A stretch of DNA of 64,000 nt, taken from positions 32,001-96,000 of the forward strand of contig CAWJJC010000021.1 of NCBI GenBank assembly GCA_963843145.1. The letters run 5' to 3'. Below, in pieces: positions 32,869-44,753 of this stretch. How positions within the stretch are numbered: position 1 is the stretch's first letter; the number at the start of each line of letters is the position of its first letter. The notes under the pieces are model-generated. The model ran no database searches. It was not told where the DNA came from and saw only the letters and a program-made list of their open reading frames with translations. The DNA comes from an uncultured delta proteobacterium. GTDB lineage: Bacteria > Desulfobacterota > RBG-13-43-22. A program made the position numbers and the translations under genes.

Positions 32869-33536
32869 AACGAATTTTCACGAATCGACTGGGGGGAATC
32901 CTTACCGCTCTGGGCCTTTTGGGGGGTCTGTTGACCGGCGCCTGGGCCGCCGATGCGCCGGCTAAGAAACGTCTGGTCCTGGTTCCCTTTCAGGTGGAGA
33001 GCAATGGCAACGCGGACGTCATCCGCTGTCGGGCCTGTGGCAATATCTTAGGCGCTGGAAAGGTGGAAGGAGATCCCAGTCCGGCCTTGACCTTATTGCT
33101 TTGGAATTTGCTTAAGGATCAGGTCAAGGGCTACGAATTGATCAGCCCCGGGCAGGCGGAAGGGGCCTATCAGACCCAACTGGCTAAAAAAATTGAACAA
33201 GACCCCAAGGTTCTGATGAAGGCCATCGGGCAGGACCTGAAGGCCGATGGGGTAATCTGGGGAGGGATTTTTCGCTACGAGAATCGAAAGGGGACCGCTT
33301 ATGGCGTGCAGGAACCGGCTTCCGTTTCCCTGGATCTGCATCTTCTCCGGGTCAGTGACGGGTTGATCGTTTGGAAGATCCAGTGGAGCCATACCCAGAA
33401 ATCCCTCAGTGAAGACCTCTTCCAATTGGGGGAGGTGGCCAAGCGGGGTCTGCGCTGGTTGACGGCGGAAGAATTGGCTCAGTCGGGCCTGGCCCAGATG
33501 ATCAAGAATTTTCCCGGCCCCCAAGCTTGGGAATGA
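32865..33536 (+). CDS. Exported hypothetical protein with CxxC
   Basis: Signal peptide ending AWA, IRCRACG; overlaps the hisB stop (ATGA). Confidence 0.7.
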   Translation: MKRIFTNRLGGILTALGLLGGLLTGAWAADAPAKKRLVLVPFQVESNGNADVIRCRACGNILGAGKVEGDPSPALTLLLWNLLKDQVKGYELISPGQAEGAYQTQLAKKIEQDPKVLMKAIGQDLKADGVIWGGIFRYENRKGTAYGVQEPASVSLDLHLLRVSDGLIVWKIQWSHTQKSLSEDLFQLGEVAKRGLRWLTAEELAQSGLAQMIKNFPGPQAWE

Positions 33537-33594
33537 GCGGGCAAAACAAGCCGACTGCGGGTTTCGGGGGGAGCGCTAGGTCGCGAGGGCCTCG

Positions 33595-34347
33595 ATGATT
33601 ATCATTCCGGCGGTGGATATTAAGCAGGGCCTGTGCGTCCGCCTTCGGGAAGGGAAGGCGGACGCGGTGACCGTTTTTTCCGATGACCCGGCGCAGATGG
33701 CCCGGCAGTGGGTCGCTCAGGGGGCCGAACGTCTCCATGTGGTGGACCTGGACGGGGCCTTCGAAAAGGGACCCCGTAATTTTTCCCTTATTAAAAAACT
33801 GGTCCGATCCGTCTCCATCCCGGTCCAACTGGGAGGGGGACTTCGTGATCTGAAGACCATCGCCCGTTATTTGAAGGCCGGGGTCGCCCAGGTTATTTTG
33901 GGAACCATTGCGCAGAAGCAGCCTGCTCTGGCCCGGGAAGCCTGCCGCCTCTTTCCCGGCCGGATCATCATTGGAATAGACGCCCGGGACAACCGGGTGG
34001 CCGTCGAAGGTTGGACCGAGGTTACCGCTCAGGATCCTTTGGATTTGGGCCGAAAATACGAAGACTGGGGGGTACGGGCCATCATCTATACCGATATCCG
34101 CCGGGATGGGACTCAGAAAGGACCGGCCCAGCGGTCCACGCAACGTCTGTCCCAGGGACTGCAGGTCCCTATTATTGCGGCCGGCGGGATTGCCACCCTG
34201 GAAGATGTTCAAAAAATGGCTCGGTTGGAAAAATATGGGGTGGCGGGGCTGATAACCGGGAAGGCGATATACAGCGGTTCCTTACGCTTGCCGGAGGCCA
34301 TCGGCTGGCTTAAGAATAATTCCCAGGCCGGTCGCCTTTTTGAATAA
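33595..34347 (+). CDS. hisA: ProFAR isomerase
   Basis: IPAVDI, LHVVDLDGA, QLGGGLR, YTDIRRDG, AAGG. Confidence 0.95.
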   Translation: MIIIPAVDIKQGLCVRLREGKADAVTVFSDDPAQMARQWVAQGAERLHVVDLDGAFEKGPRNFSLIKKLVRSVSIPVQLGGGLRDLKTIARYLKAGVAQVILGTIAQKQPALAREACRLFPGRIIIGIDARDNRVAVEGWTEVTAQDPLDLGRKYEDWGVRAIIYTDIRRDGTQKGPAQRSTQRLSQGLQVPIIAAGGIATLEDVQKMARLEKYGVAGLITGKAIYSGSLRLPEAIGWLKNNSQAGRLFE

Positions 34348-34353
34348 TACCTA

Positions 34354-34382
34354 TTGACTTATTGAGTTATTATAATCATAAT
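34354..34382 (+). promoter_or_regulatory. Putative sigma70 promoter of rpsU-dnaG-rpoD
   Basis: TTGACT-17 nt-CATAAT in an AT-rich region. Confidence 0.5.
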
Positions 34383-34439
34383 AAAGGTTTGACTAAAAAA
34401 ACAATTTAAATAAATTTTCGATGGGAGGGAGGGAATTGA

Positions 34440-34637
34440 ATGACGGGCGTAAGGATCAAGTCTGCTGAATCCTTTGAAAACGCCTTAAGACGGTTCAAGA
34501 AACAGTGCGAAAAGGCCGGAATTCTTTCAGAGGTCCGCAAAAGAGAATATTATGAAAAGCCCAGCGTCAAGCGGAAAAAGAAGGCCTTAGCCGCCAAAAA
34601 AAGAGCACTCCGGAGAATGCGGAAATTTGAATCATAA
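34440..34637 (+). CDS. rpsU: 30S ribosomal protein S21
   Basis: [13 protein letters not shown]...[14 protein letters not shown]. Confidence 0.97.
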   Translation: MTGVRIKSAESFENALRRFKKQCEKAGILSEVRKREYYEKPSVKRKKKALAAKKRALRRMRKFES

Positions 34638-35001
34638 TTTCTCTCTCGGTGCGGAACGAGGCCGTGTTTTTACTTGAGCGTTTAAATCCCAAGCTAAAGA
34701 GCGGCTTCTAGAGGGCGCCTATTACGCACTTCGTTGAAAAACCGGATTGAACAATTTCAAAAGGAGAAATTATCGGCGGTTGAAATTTGAAAACCGTCCT
34801 GATATTTGCCTAAAATCCATGAAGCTCCCACCAGAGTATCGGCGGGAGCTTCAAAACTTTCGGGAAACCGTGGGAATCCCCTGGACCATAGATTCTTAGC
34901 TAGATGTTGGGTTAGCGTTTTGGTCCAATCTCGAGTCTGCAGCGTCTCCGCATCGTTGACCGCCAACCCCCAATCGAGCCCGCGAGCCGACGGATAAGCC
35001 G

Positions 35002-36781
35002 ATGGCCTTCATCTCCGAATCGTTTGTCAGTCAACTCAAGGAGGCGTCCAATATCGTTTCGGTTATTTCGAGATTTGTCCCCTTAAAGAAGGCCGGGCGC
35101 AATTTTTTAGGGCTTTGTCCTTTCCATCAGGAAAAGACGCCCTCCTTGACGGTTAATGAAGAAAAACAGATTTTTCATTGCTTCGGCTGCGGGTTAGGGG
35201 GCAATGTCTTTACGTTTCTCATGCACTACCAGCGCTTGAGTTTTCCGGAAGCGGTTAACGAATTGGCCCAATTTCTGGGGATGGCGGTCCCGACCGCCGT
35301 GCTTTCCCGCGAACAGGTGGCGGAAAATCGCCAGCGGGATGAACTAAGGACCATTCATCAACTAGCGGCGGATTTTTATCATCGCCAACTGATGTCCGCC
35401 CAGGGGGGACGGCCGGGCCGGGAATACCTGCGCCGGCGGAAAATGACCCGCGGGATCATCGAAGAGTTTACCCTGGGCTACGCTCCGGACGCCTGGGATC
35501 GGTTGGCCCAATTTTTACAGCAACAGGGTTTGGATCCGTCCCGGATAGAACAATCGGGCCTGGGTAATCAAAAAAGACCGGGGAGGGATTTATGACCGGT
35601 TCCGCAATCGACTGATCTTTCCGATTTGGGATGAAAAAAAACGGGTGGTGGCGTTCGGGGGTCGGACCTTGGGAGAAGATAATCCTAAGTATTTGAATTC
35701 CCCTGAATCCGTCATTTTCAGCAAGGGACGGTCGCTCTATGGCCTACCTCAGGCTCTGCCGATCATTCGGCAGGAACGGCAAGCGTTAATCGTCGAGGGC
35801 TATTTTGACTGTTTGAGCCTCCATCTTCATGGTTTTAAACAGACGGTGGCCACCTTGGGGACGGCCCTGGGCGCCCATCAGGTTCGCCGCTTGAAGGGGA
35901 TGGCCGAAGAACTTATATTGGTCTATGACGGGGATTCGGCCGGACGGCAGGCGGCCTTGCGCAGTGTGGCCATTTTCCAGGAGGAGGGAGTTTCCGCCCG
36001 GATCAAGGTCCTGCCCCCCCAGGCCGATCCGGACAGTTATTTGTTCCAGGTCGGGGCCGAGCGGTTTGCCGCGGAGTTGAAGGAGTCCGTCCCGATGATG
36101 GTTTTTTTCCTGGACCAGCATTTGGAGGGGGTATCGGGCGACATTCAAGATCGACTCCGAGCCTTGGAAAAAGTCCTGCCGACGATCCAGTCCCTGGCCC
36201 CGGCCGAGCTGGCTTATTATGTCCAATTGATCGGCGAACGGTTGACGCTGTCGGAATCGGCGATAAACCAGATGCTGAGGGCCCAAGGGCGGACTAATCC
36301 GGCAGCCCGGATTGCTGAAAAAATCAAAGGGGAGCAGGTTCAGGGCCTGGAGTGGCGGATCATCGAAGCCCTGCTGCGAATCCCTCAGGCGCCGGAACGG
36401 CTCTTGAGCCTGGATTTGCACAACGTCGTGGTCGGTGTGGAAGCCGTTCAGGTGTTTAATGCCATTTCCCAGACGGTGAAAGAAAAAGGCCAGATGGATC
36501 TGGTTTGGCTGCTGGAGCGGTTGGAGAATCAAACTCTTAAAAATCGGGTGGCGGCCCTGGCCCTTCAAGAGTTTGTCGACGAGCGTGATCAGGATTCTTT
36601 TTTGCTAGACTTGTTGAAGACCCTTGAACTGAGAGCCATTCGCCGTCGGGAAAGGTCTCTGCTCCAGGCCATTCAGGACCAGGAGCGACAAGGGATGACG
36701 TCTGAGTTGATGGCCCTGCTGGAGAGGAAACAGGACCTGCTTAAACAACGGAAGCAACTATTAGCCCCACTGAAGAATTAA
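35002..36781 (+). CDS. dnaG: DNA primase; one extra G at about 35562-35564 splits the ORF (probable sequence error)
   Basis: CPFH...HCFGC zinc finger; removing one G gives GLVIKKDRGGIYDRFRNRLIFPI in frame with KYLNSPE, VEGYFD and YDGD. Confidence 0.92.
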
Positions 36782-36790
36782 GGAGCTCTA

Positions 36791-38533
36791 ATGTCTAAAA
36801 ACACCACTCTGGAAGATTTCAAGATGATTTCCCTGACCAAAGAAAAGGAATATCTAGATCTGGAGGAGGGCGGGGAGGCTTTGACCCAGGAATTAGTGGG
36901 TCACGAACCCATCGATGATATGTTGTTGATCTTTGAAGAAACGGAAATTCAGCTTCTGGACGCCACCCCCCGGGGCCGAACCAAAGATAAGCTGGAGGAG
37001 GAGCGAACCGAGGAAGAGGAGGAAACGGAAATTCGCTGGGGGACGGAAGTAGGGGCTAAAACCACCGACCCGGTAAAGATGTACCTGAAGGAAATGGGAT
37101 ATTATTCCCTCCTGACCCGGGAAGGGGAGGTAGAAATCGCCAAACGGATCGAAGAGGGCAAGCATGAGGTGATTAATGCCTTGCTGGAATCCCCGGTGGG
37201 TATTAAGGAATTTATCACCCTGGGTGAAAAATTCCAACAGGGGATCGTCAAGCTGAGAGAGATCGTTCGAGACAGCGATGACGAAGAACCGTTTATCGAA
37301 ACCGAGGCCCATCGAAAAAAAGTCCTGCAGCTTTTCTTGGAAGTCAAGACGATCTATGAAAAGAACATCAAGTTGCAGGAGAAATTAGGACAGGATTTGG
37401 TGGCCGCTCGGAAGAAAAAGATCAAGGATCAGATCGATGAGAATAAGCACCGGATCGTCGAGCGCCTAAAAGAATTGCGGTTGGATAAACGGCAGATCGA
37501 CCGGGTAGTCAATAAGCTTCGGGCTTTCGTTGATCGCATCGAAAAGGGGGAAGCGGAGATTCAGGAGGCCCTAAAAAGGGTCTCGATTCCTTTGACGGAT
37601 CTAAAAAAACCACTCCGCAAGTTTAAACAGGACGGCCTGTCCCGGTCCTTAGTGCGGCTGACCGGTCTTTCCAAGGAAGAGCTACTGGAACTGGACCGCC
37701 GGGTCCGCAATGGGGAGCGAAAAGTTCGCCGGGTGGAACAAGAATCGAAGATGACTTCCAAGTTTTTGAAGAAAATCCTCCGGCAAATCGAGAACGGGGA
37801 GTATAAAGCCAAGTATGCCAAATCCGAACTGATCGAGGCCAACTTGCGTCTGGTGGTCAGCATCGCCAAGAAATATACCAATCGTGGCTTGCAGTTTCTG
37901 GATTTGATCCAAGAGGGCAACATCGGACTGATGAAGGCGGTGGATAAGTTTGAATACCAGCGAGGATATAAATTTAGCACTTATGCCACCTGGTGGGTGC
38001 GCCAGGCCATCACCCGGGCTATCGCCGATCAGGCCCGAACCATTCGCATCCCCGTACATATGATCGAAACCATCAATAAGCTGATTCGCACCGCCCGTTA
38101 CCTGGTCCAGGAGATGGGACGGGAACCCACTCCGGAGGAAATTGCCGAGCGAATGGAATTCCCGCTGGATAAGGTGCGCAAGGTCTTAAAGATCGCCAAA
38201 GAGCCCATATCCCTGGAAACACCGATCGGCGAGGAAGAGGACAGCCACCTCCGGGATTTCATTGAAGACAAGAAGATCTTGTCGCCCTCGGAGGCGGTGA
38301 TCCGTCTGAACCTCTCCGAGCAGACTCGCAAGGTATTATCCACGCTGACCTCCAGGGAAGAGAAAGTGTTGCGCATGCGGTTCGGTATCGGGGAAAAAGC
38401 CGATCATACGCTGGAAGAGGTGGGCCGGGATTTTGACGTCACCCGGGAACGAATCCGCCAGATTGAGGCCAAGGCCCTCCGCAAACTTCGCCATCCCAGC
38501 CGGAGTAAGCGCTTGAAAAGCTTCGTGGATTAG
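36791..38533 (+). CDS. rpoD: RNA polymerase primary sigma factor
   Basis: [53 protein letters not shown]. Confidence 0.98.
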   Translation: MSKNTTLEDFKMISLTKEKEYLDLEEGGEALTQELVGHEPIDDMLLIFEETEIQLLDATPRGRTKDKLEEERTEEEEETEIRWGTEVGAKTTDPVKMYLKEMGYYSLLTREGEVEIAKRIEEGKHEVINALLESPVGIKEFITLGEKFQQGIVKLREIVRDSDDEEPFIETEAHRKKVLQLFLEVKTIYEKNIKLQEKLGQDLVAARKKKIKDQIDENKHRIVERLKELRLDKRQIDRVVNKLRAFVDRIEKGEAEIQEALKRVSIPLTDLKKPLRKFKQDGLSRSLVRLTGLSKEELLELDRRVRNGERKVRRVEQESKMTSKFLKKILRQIENGEYKAKYAKSELIEANLRLVVSIAKKYTNRGLQFLDLIQEGNIGLMKAVDKFEYQRGYKFSTYATWWVRQAITRAIADQARTIRIPVHMIETINKLIRTARYLVQEMGREPTPEEIAERMEFPLDKVRKVLKIAKEPISLETPIGEEEDSHLRDFIEDKKILSPSEAVIRLNLSEQTRKVLSTLTSREEKVLRMRFGIGEKADHTLEEVGRDFDVTRERIRQIEAKALRKLRHPSRSKRLKSFVD

Positions 38534-38576
38534 AAAACACCGCTAAAGCAATAGGGAAAACCCTTTCCAAAGGCCA

Positions 38577-40028
38577 TCAACGTTCCTTAAATTCGGAAAG
38601 GCGGATAAGCGTCCGATCAACCCCGGTAAGCTTATCCGCTTCGACCACCCAACCACCACCCATGGACTTGTAGAGATTGACCAGGGCCCGAAATAGAACG
38701 CCTTGGGTCTGAGTATAGGAAAGCTCCGCATTAAAAAGACCCCGTTCGGCATCGAGGACCTCCAAATAACTGGTATACCCGTTTTCATATCGCATCTGGG
38801 CCAGGTCTAAATAGGCCTTCAGTGCCTCCACCTGCTTTTTCTGAACGGCCAACTGTTCCCTGGTTTTGGACTGATCGATCAGCGCGTCCTCCACCTCCCG
38901 GAAGGCGGTTTGAATAACCTGCTGGTATCGGGTCAGGGCCTGTTGCCGGACCGCCTCCGAAACCTTAACTGCCCCAGCGATGCCTCCGGCCGAGAAAATA
39001 GGTGCGGTCAAGGAGGTTGAGAAATTCCAGGCCCTGGCCGCACCGGTAAAGAGAAGGGATAAATCGGTACTTTCTAGACCCAAAAAGCCAGTCAGGGAAA
39101 GGGTCGGGAAATAGAGGGCCCTGGCCACGCCGATTCTGGCATTGGCGGCGATGAGGTCCTGTTCGGCCCGACGGATATCGGGTCGTCTTTCCAGTACCTG
39201 GGAGGGGATCCCGGCCGGAACCGGGGGAAGCTTCAGGCTGTCCATGGTTTTGCCCCGGGGAATAGGACCCGGGTTTTGCCCCAGCAAAATACTTAAGCTG
39301 TTTTCCTGCTGGCCGATTCCTTTTTGCAAAGCCGAAACGGTGGCCAGGGCCGACTGGACTTCCGAATCAATTTGTCGTAATTCCAGTTCGGCAATCAGTC
39401 CCCGCTCATAACGAAGCTTGAAAAGGTTGTAGGCGTCCCGGCGACTCTCGGCGGTTCGTTGGGCGATCTGGAGCTGTTTATCCAAATCCAGTAGATCGGT
39501 ATAGGCTATGGCCACCGCGGTGATCACCGTTAAAATAACCGTTCGTTTGCCTTCTTCGGTGCCCAGAAGGTCGGCTTGAGCCGCTTCCCGGGTTCTCCGG
39601 AGACGTCCCCAGAAATCAATTTCCCAACTGGCGTTGAGCAGGGTTTGGTAATCGTTATACAGATTATCGGCCGTAGCCGGCCAGGGTGGATTGGTATATT
39701 GGGTAACATTTTTTCGTTGCCCAAGGATCAGGGCACCAACCTGAGGGAAGGATCCTGACCGGGCCAGGCCGTAGCGGCCCAGAAATTCTTCGACCCGCGA
39801 GGCCGCGATCTTGATTTCCTTATTTTCCTGAAGGGCGGTCAGGATCAACCGGTTCAAAACCGGATCTTGGAACTGCTCCCACCAGGGCGTATTGGCCGTC
39901 TCTTGGGCCTCCCTTTCTTCCCAGCGCCAGGATGATGGGGTATTTAATTCCGGACGTTTATAATTGGGACCCAGGGTACAGGCACCAAGGAATATAACCA
40001 GGAGGAAAACAACCAGCCATTTAGTCAT
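38577..40028 (-). CDS. RND efflux outer membrane lipoprotein (NodT/OprM family)
   Basis: Lipobox LGAC-TLGP, WEIDFWG, RRPDI, LYKSMGGGW; ATG at 40028. Confidence 0.92.
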   Translation of the reverse strand: MTKWLVVFLLVIFLGACTLGPNYKRPELNTPSSWRWEEREAQETANTPWWEQFQDPVLNRLILTALQENKEIKIAASRVEEFLGRYGLARSGSFPQVGALILGQRKNVTQYTNPPWPATADNLYNDYQTLLNASWEIDFWGRLRRTREAAQADLLGTEEGKRTVILTVITAVAIAYTDLLDLDKQLQIAQRTAESRRDAYNLFKLRYERGLIAELELRQIDSEVQSALATVSALQKGIGQQENSLSILLGQNPGPIPRGKTMDSLKLPPVPAGIPSQVLERRPDIRRAEQDLIAANARIGVARALYFPTLSLTGFLGLESTDLSLLFTGAARAWNFSTSLTAPIFSAGGIAGAVKVSEAVRQQALTRYQQVIQTAFREVEDALIDQSKTREQLAVQKKQVEALKAYLDLAQMRYENGYTSYLEVLDAERGLFNAELSYTQTQGVLFRALVNLYKSMGGGWVVEADKLTGVDRTLIRLSEFKER

Positions 40029-43000
40029 GAGTTGCCTCGCTTTCCGTCTTCCGGCTATCTTTTTTTCGACGATGGGCGATTTTTTCCACCACATAAAAGG
40101 TTACCGGTATCAGAAAAATGGCGATCACCGAGGCGGCTGTGGTACCGCCCATAACCGCTGTGCCCATAATCCGTCTGGCCACGGCCCCGGCGCCCTTGGA
40201 AAAGACCAGAGGCAGCACCCCCAGGAGGAAGGCCAAGGAAGTCATCAAGATGGGTCGGAGACGGAGACGGGCCCCTTCCAGGGCGGAATCTTCCAGGGGA
40301 TGTCCCTTTTCATAGCGCGTCTTGGCGAATTCAACGATTAGAATGGCATTTTTGGCCCCCAGACCGATGAGGACGATAAGGCCGATCTGGGCGTAGACAT
40401 TGTTGGCCTGTCCCAGAATCCAGATTCCGGCAAAGGCCCCAAAAACAGCCACCGGGGTGCAAAGCAGCACACTGAAGGGCAAAGACCAGCTCTCATAGAG
40501 GGCGGCCAGGATCAGAAAAACACAAAGGAGCGAAAAACCGAATATGGCCGAGGCCGGGATCCCTTCCTGGGCCTTTTTTTCCTGAAAGCTCATGCCGATA
40601 TAGTCGAATCCCATCTCAGCCGGCATGGCTTGATGGAAGACTTCTTCGAGGGCCTTCATGACCTGTCCGGAGCTGTAACCGGGTTTGCCCATGGCATTAA
40701 TCTGAGCCGAACGGTAGAGATTATAGCGCATGGTAAACTCCGGACCCGAGCGAGACTCCATGGTCGTCAAGGCGGAAAGGGGCACAAAGTCCCCTTTGTT
40801 ATTATGAACATAAAATTGCCGGATATCATCCGCCTTGGTTCGATATTCCCCTTCGGCCTGGACAAAGACCTGCCATTGCCGGCTAAAGCGATTAAAGTAG
40901 TTGATGAAATAACCGCCCATGAAGGTCTGGAGAGTCTGATAGACCTCTCCCAGGTCAATCCCCTGTTTAAGAATCTGGTCGCGATCCACTTTCACGAAGC
41001 GCTGGGGAACGGCCGGTAGAAAGGTGGTGGTTACCCTTGCCAGTTCCGGTCTTTTGCGGGCCTCCTCAATGAACTTGTTGACGTTTTCAGCCAGGAAGGA
41101 AATGGGCTTGCCGGCCCTGTCTTGGAGAACCATCGTGGCCCCACCGGCCAGTCCGATACCTTGTATGGCCGGTGGGGGAAAGGCAAAGGCCACGGCCTGG
41201 GGCAATTTGGCCAGTTCGGTATTCAGGTGATCCATGATGGCCTGGTATTGCTCTTCCGGTCTTTTGCGGTCTTTCCACTCCTTCAGCGTGACAAAGAAGA
41301 AGCCGCTGTAGGTATTTTGAGCGATACTCATCAGGCTGATACCGATGATGGCCTGGTTGTGTTCCACTCCCGGCGTATTTTTAAGAAGGGTTTCAATTTT
41401 TCGGCAGGTATCGTCCGTCCTTTGAAGAGAGGCAGCCTGGGGTAGGGTCAGGTTGACGAACATGTACCCCAGATCTTCTTCCGGCAGGAATCCGGAAGGG
41501 ATTTTAGAGCCCAAGAGCCCGCCGAGAAGGGCTATTCCGGCCAGCAGGATTAGACTCAAGGCACTTTTGCGAAGGAGAGACCCGCAGATACGGATATAGC
41601 CTCTCGAAGCCTTACCGAAAGAGCGGTTGAACCATCCAAAAAAGATCCCCAGGGGGCCCCGTGTCTGTTTCCCCGGTCTGAGCAAGAGGGCGCAGAGGGC
41701 CGGGCTGAGGGTCAGGGCATTGAAGGCCGAGATCAGGACCGAAATGGCTATGGTTATGGCGAACTGCTGGTAGAGGCGGCCGGTGATCCCCGGGATGAAA
41801 ATGGTGGGGACAAAGACCGCCGAGAGGATCAGGGCAATCGCGATAACCGGTCCCGAGACCTCCTCCATAGCTTTAAAGGCCGCCGCTTTGGGCGCCAACC
41901 CTTCTTCAATGTGCCGCTCCACCGCCTCTACCACAATGATGGCGTCATCGACCACCAGACCGATGGCCAGGACCAGACCAAAAAGGGAGAGGGTGTTGAT
42001 CGAGAATCCCAATAAGGGAAAGACGGCAAAGGTCCCGATGAGAGAGACCGGAACCGCCAGGGCCGGGATCAGGGTGGCTCGCCAGCCCTGAAGAAAAATG
42101 TAGACGACCAGGATGACCAGGAGCAGGGCCTCTAAAAGAGTAATAACGATTTCCTTGATCCCTTCGTTGATGGACTTGGTGGTGTCCAAGGAAATGGTAT
42201 AATCCAGGTCCGGCGGAAATCGTTTCTTAGCCTCTTCCATCAATTTTTTTATAGTGGCTACGGTGGCTAAGGCATTGGAACCGGGCAACTGATAGATGGC
42301 CATGATTCCGGCCGGTTGGCCGTCGATACGGCCCTTGATGCTATAGCTTTGACTGCCTAATTCGATGCGGGCCACGTCCTTCAGCCGGACAATGGATCCA
42401 TCGGGATTGGCCCGGAGCACGATGTTTCCAAAATCTTCCTCGGAAACTAATCGGCCCTGGGCCGTAACGGTATAGGTATATTCCTGGCCGGGCGGTACAG
42501 GCTCGTTGCCGATTTGTCCGGCCGGGTTGACGGTATTCTGCTCTCGGACGGCGTTGACAATATTGGAAACCGTAAGGCCCAGCTTCCCGAGAGCGTCGGG
42601 TTTGACCCAGATCCGGATGGCATAGGGGCCGGCCCCGAAAATGGCCACCTGACCAATGCCGGGAACGCGCAGGAGCTGGTCGTTGAGATTGATATTGGCA
42701 TAGTTGGCCAGGAAGGTGGCGTCATAGGTCCCCCGGGGAGAAACCAGGCCGATGAGCATCATGAGGTGCGGCGCGGGATTTCACCATGGTTACCCCGTAA
42801 TTGCGCACATCCGCCGGTAACTGCGCCTCGGCCTGGTTTTCCCGCATCTGGGTAAAGATCAGGTCCGTATTGGGGTCGGTCTTGACATCGAAGTTGACAA
42901 ACATGCGCGAGGTGCCGTTACTGGCATTGATGGAATACATATACCCCATGTTATCCACGCCACTGACCTGTTGCTCGATGGGCGTGGCCACCGATTGCTC

Positions 43001-43170
43001 CACGGTCTCCGCGTTGGCCCCGGTATAGGTGGCGTAGATCTGAATCTCGGGGGGGACGATTCCGGAAATTGGGCCACCGGCAATCCCAACACGGACACCA
43101 GTCCTAAAATGACAAACAAAATAGAAATGACCATGGCCACGATGGGGCGATTGATAAAGAACTTGGACAT
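40021..43170 (-). CDS. HAE1-family RND efflux permease (AcrB-like) with two frameshifts (about 43060 and 42770)
   Basis: MSKFFINRPI, EQSVATPIEQQ, AIGLVVDDAIIVVE, KNAILIVEF, RLRPILMTS; N-terminus spread over three frames. Confidence 0.88.
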
Positions 43171-43189
43171 TCGATCTACCCCCTAATTT

Positions 43190-44410
43190 TTACGGGCCCG
43201 CGGGCCTTCGGGTGCGGAGGCTGATTTTGAGGCGGGAGGCAGCAGTCCCCGGAGGCGGGGAGGAAACGGAGGTCTGAGGGGTCATTTTAAAAGGCTGGGT
43301 CTTGACGACCGCCCCGTCCTTGACCTTCTGGAGCCCTTCACTAATAATCTTTTCGCCGGGTTTGAGGCCCTCTTGGATGATCCAAAGGGTATCGATCCGT
43401 TCACCCACCGTAACCGTCCGGATGGCCACCTTATGGTCGGAACCTACTACGCCGACCTGATAACTGCCTTGAAGTTCCGTAACCGCCCTTTGGGGGACCA
43501 GCAGGGCCCCTTTTCGGGTCTCCACCTTGGCCCTTACTCGGGCAAATTGGCCGGGCCGGAGAACGTTGCCCGGATTGGGGAATAGGGCGGCTACCTTGAT
43601 GGTGCCGGTTCTGACGTCTACGGATCTCCCGGCAAAGGAAAAGGTCCCGGGATAAGGATGAAGGTTGCCATCGGCCAGGATCAACTCGAGGGGAATATGC
43701 TGAACCCGGTTATGATCTTTGGCCACATAGCGCAAATACTCCTGTTCGCTCATGGGGATATAAGACTTTGATCGGATCCACGGTGGAAACATTGGTCAGT
43801 TCTCCCGGGGTCCCGGGACCTACCAGGTTGCCGATCTGGATCTTGGCGATACCGGCTATGCCATCGATAGGGGAGGTAATCCGGGTGAAGCCTAGGTCCA
43901 CTTTGGCCTTGTCCACCACGGCCTGGGCGGACACCACTGCGGCCCGGGCGGCCTGTTCCGTACCTGCGGCATCATCCAGGTCTTTCATGGCTGACGGCCC
44001 TCCGTTCCACCAACGGTTTAATCCGCTCCAGATTGGCCCGGGCGTTTTCCCAGCGGGCCCGCTGCTCCGTGAGCTGCCCTTCGGCCTGGGCCAAAGCGGC
44101 TTGAAGGAAACGGTCATCAATATGAAAGAAGAATCTGGCCCTTTCTGACGAAATCTCCTTCCTTGTAGTCCTGTTTGACAAGATACCCTTGGATCTGGGC
44201 CCGAATCGCGGAATTGATCCAAGCCGCGGAGGAAGCGGTCCATTCCGTATAAATCGAACTTGTGACCAGGACATCTGCCTCTTCAACGGTCATTCTCGGC
44301 GGGGCCTCTGTGGTCGGTGCCTTTTGACATCCCAGACTAATAAAAGTCATCCCCCTCAGCCTAAGAACGGATACACCAGAGCGCACGGTCAATCTCTTTC
44401 CTCTCATCAT
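43190..44410 (-). CDS. RND membrane fusion protein (AcrA-like) with several single-base frameshifts
   Basis: Segments IRAQIQGYL..YKEG, ITSPIDGIAG, TGTIKV, LRPGQFARV and VPQRAV lie in four different ORFs. Confidence 0.8.
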
Positions 44411-44753
44411 GCCAACCCCTCCTTGTTACCGGCAGGCTTCCTCCCGATTGGAGGTCCAGTCCCTCGTTGCCCACCGAATCTCCAGAACCGGGCGAAGATT
44501 AACTTCAATGGGCGGGGAATTCAACTTAATATCGCTCACCCCTCAAGGGGCAGCTTTCGGTAGAACAAGGATTTTCACCTCAGGGATATTTAACATTCGA
44601 GATTTTAAGGTGTCTGAGAAAAAAATAGGTAGTTTAGTCCGGTCTATTGACTTAACAGGTCTATGAGACGATATTTTTTTCCTCTTAAAAGACCCCAGGC
44701 GATTGCCTAGTGCTCCTGAGGGAGCTCCACTCCTTTGATTTCTTGGCGAGGTC

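Noticed and set aside
35565-35595. Programmed ribosomal frameshift in dnaG
   Set aside because: One extra G explains it, and similar indels recur elsewhere in the window.
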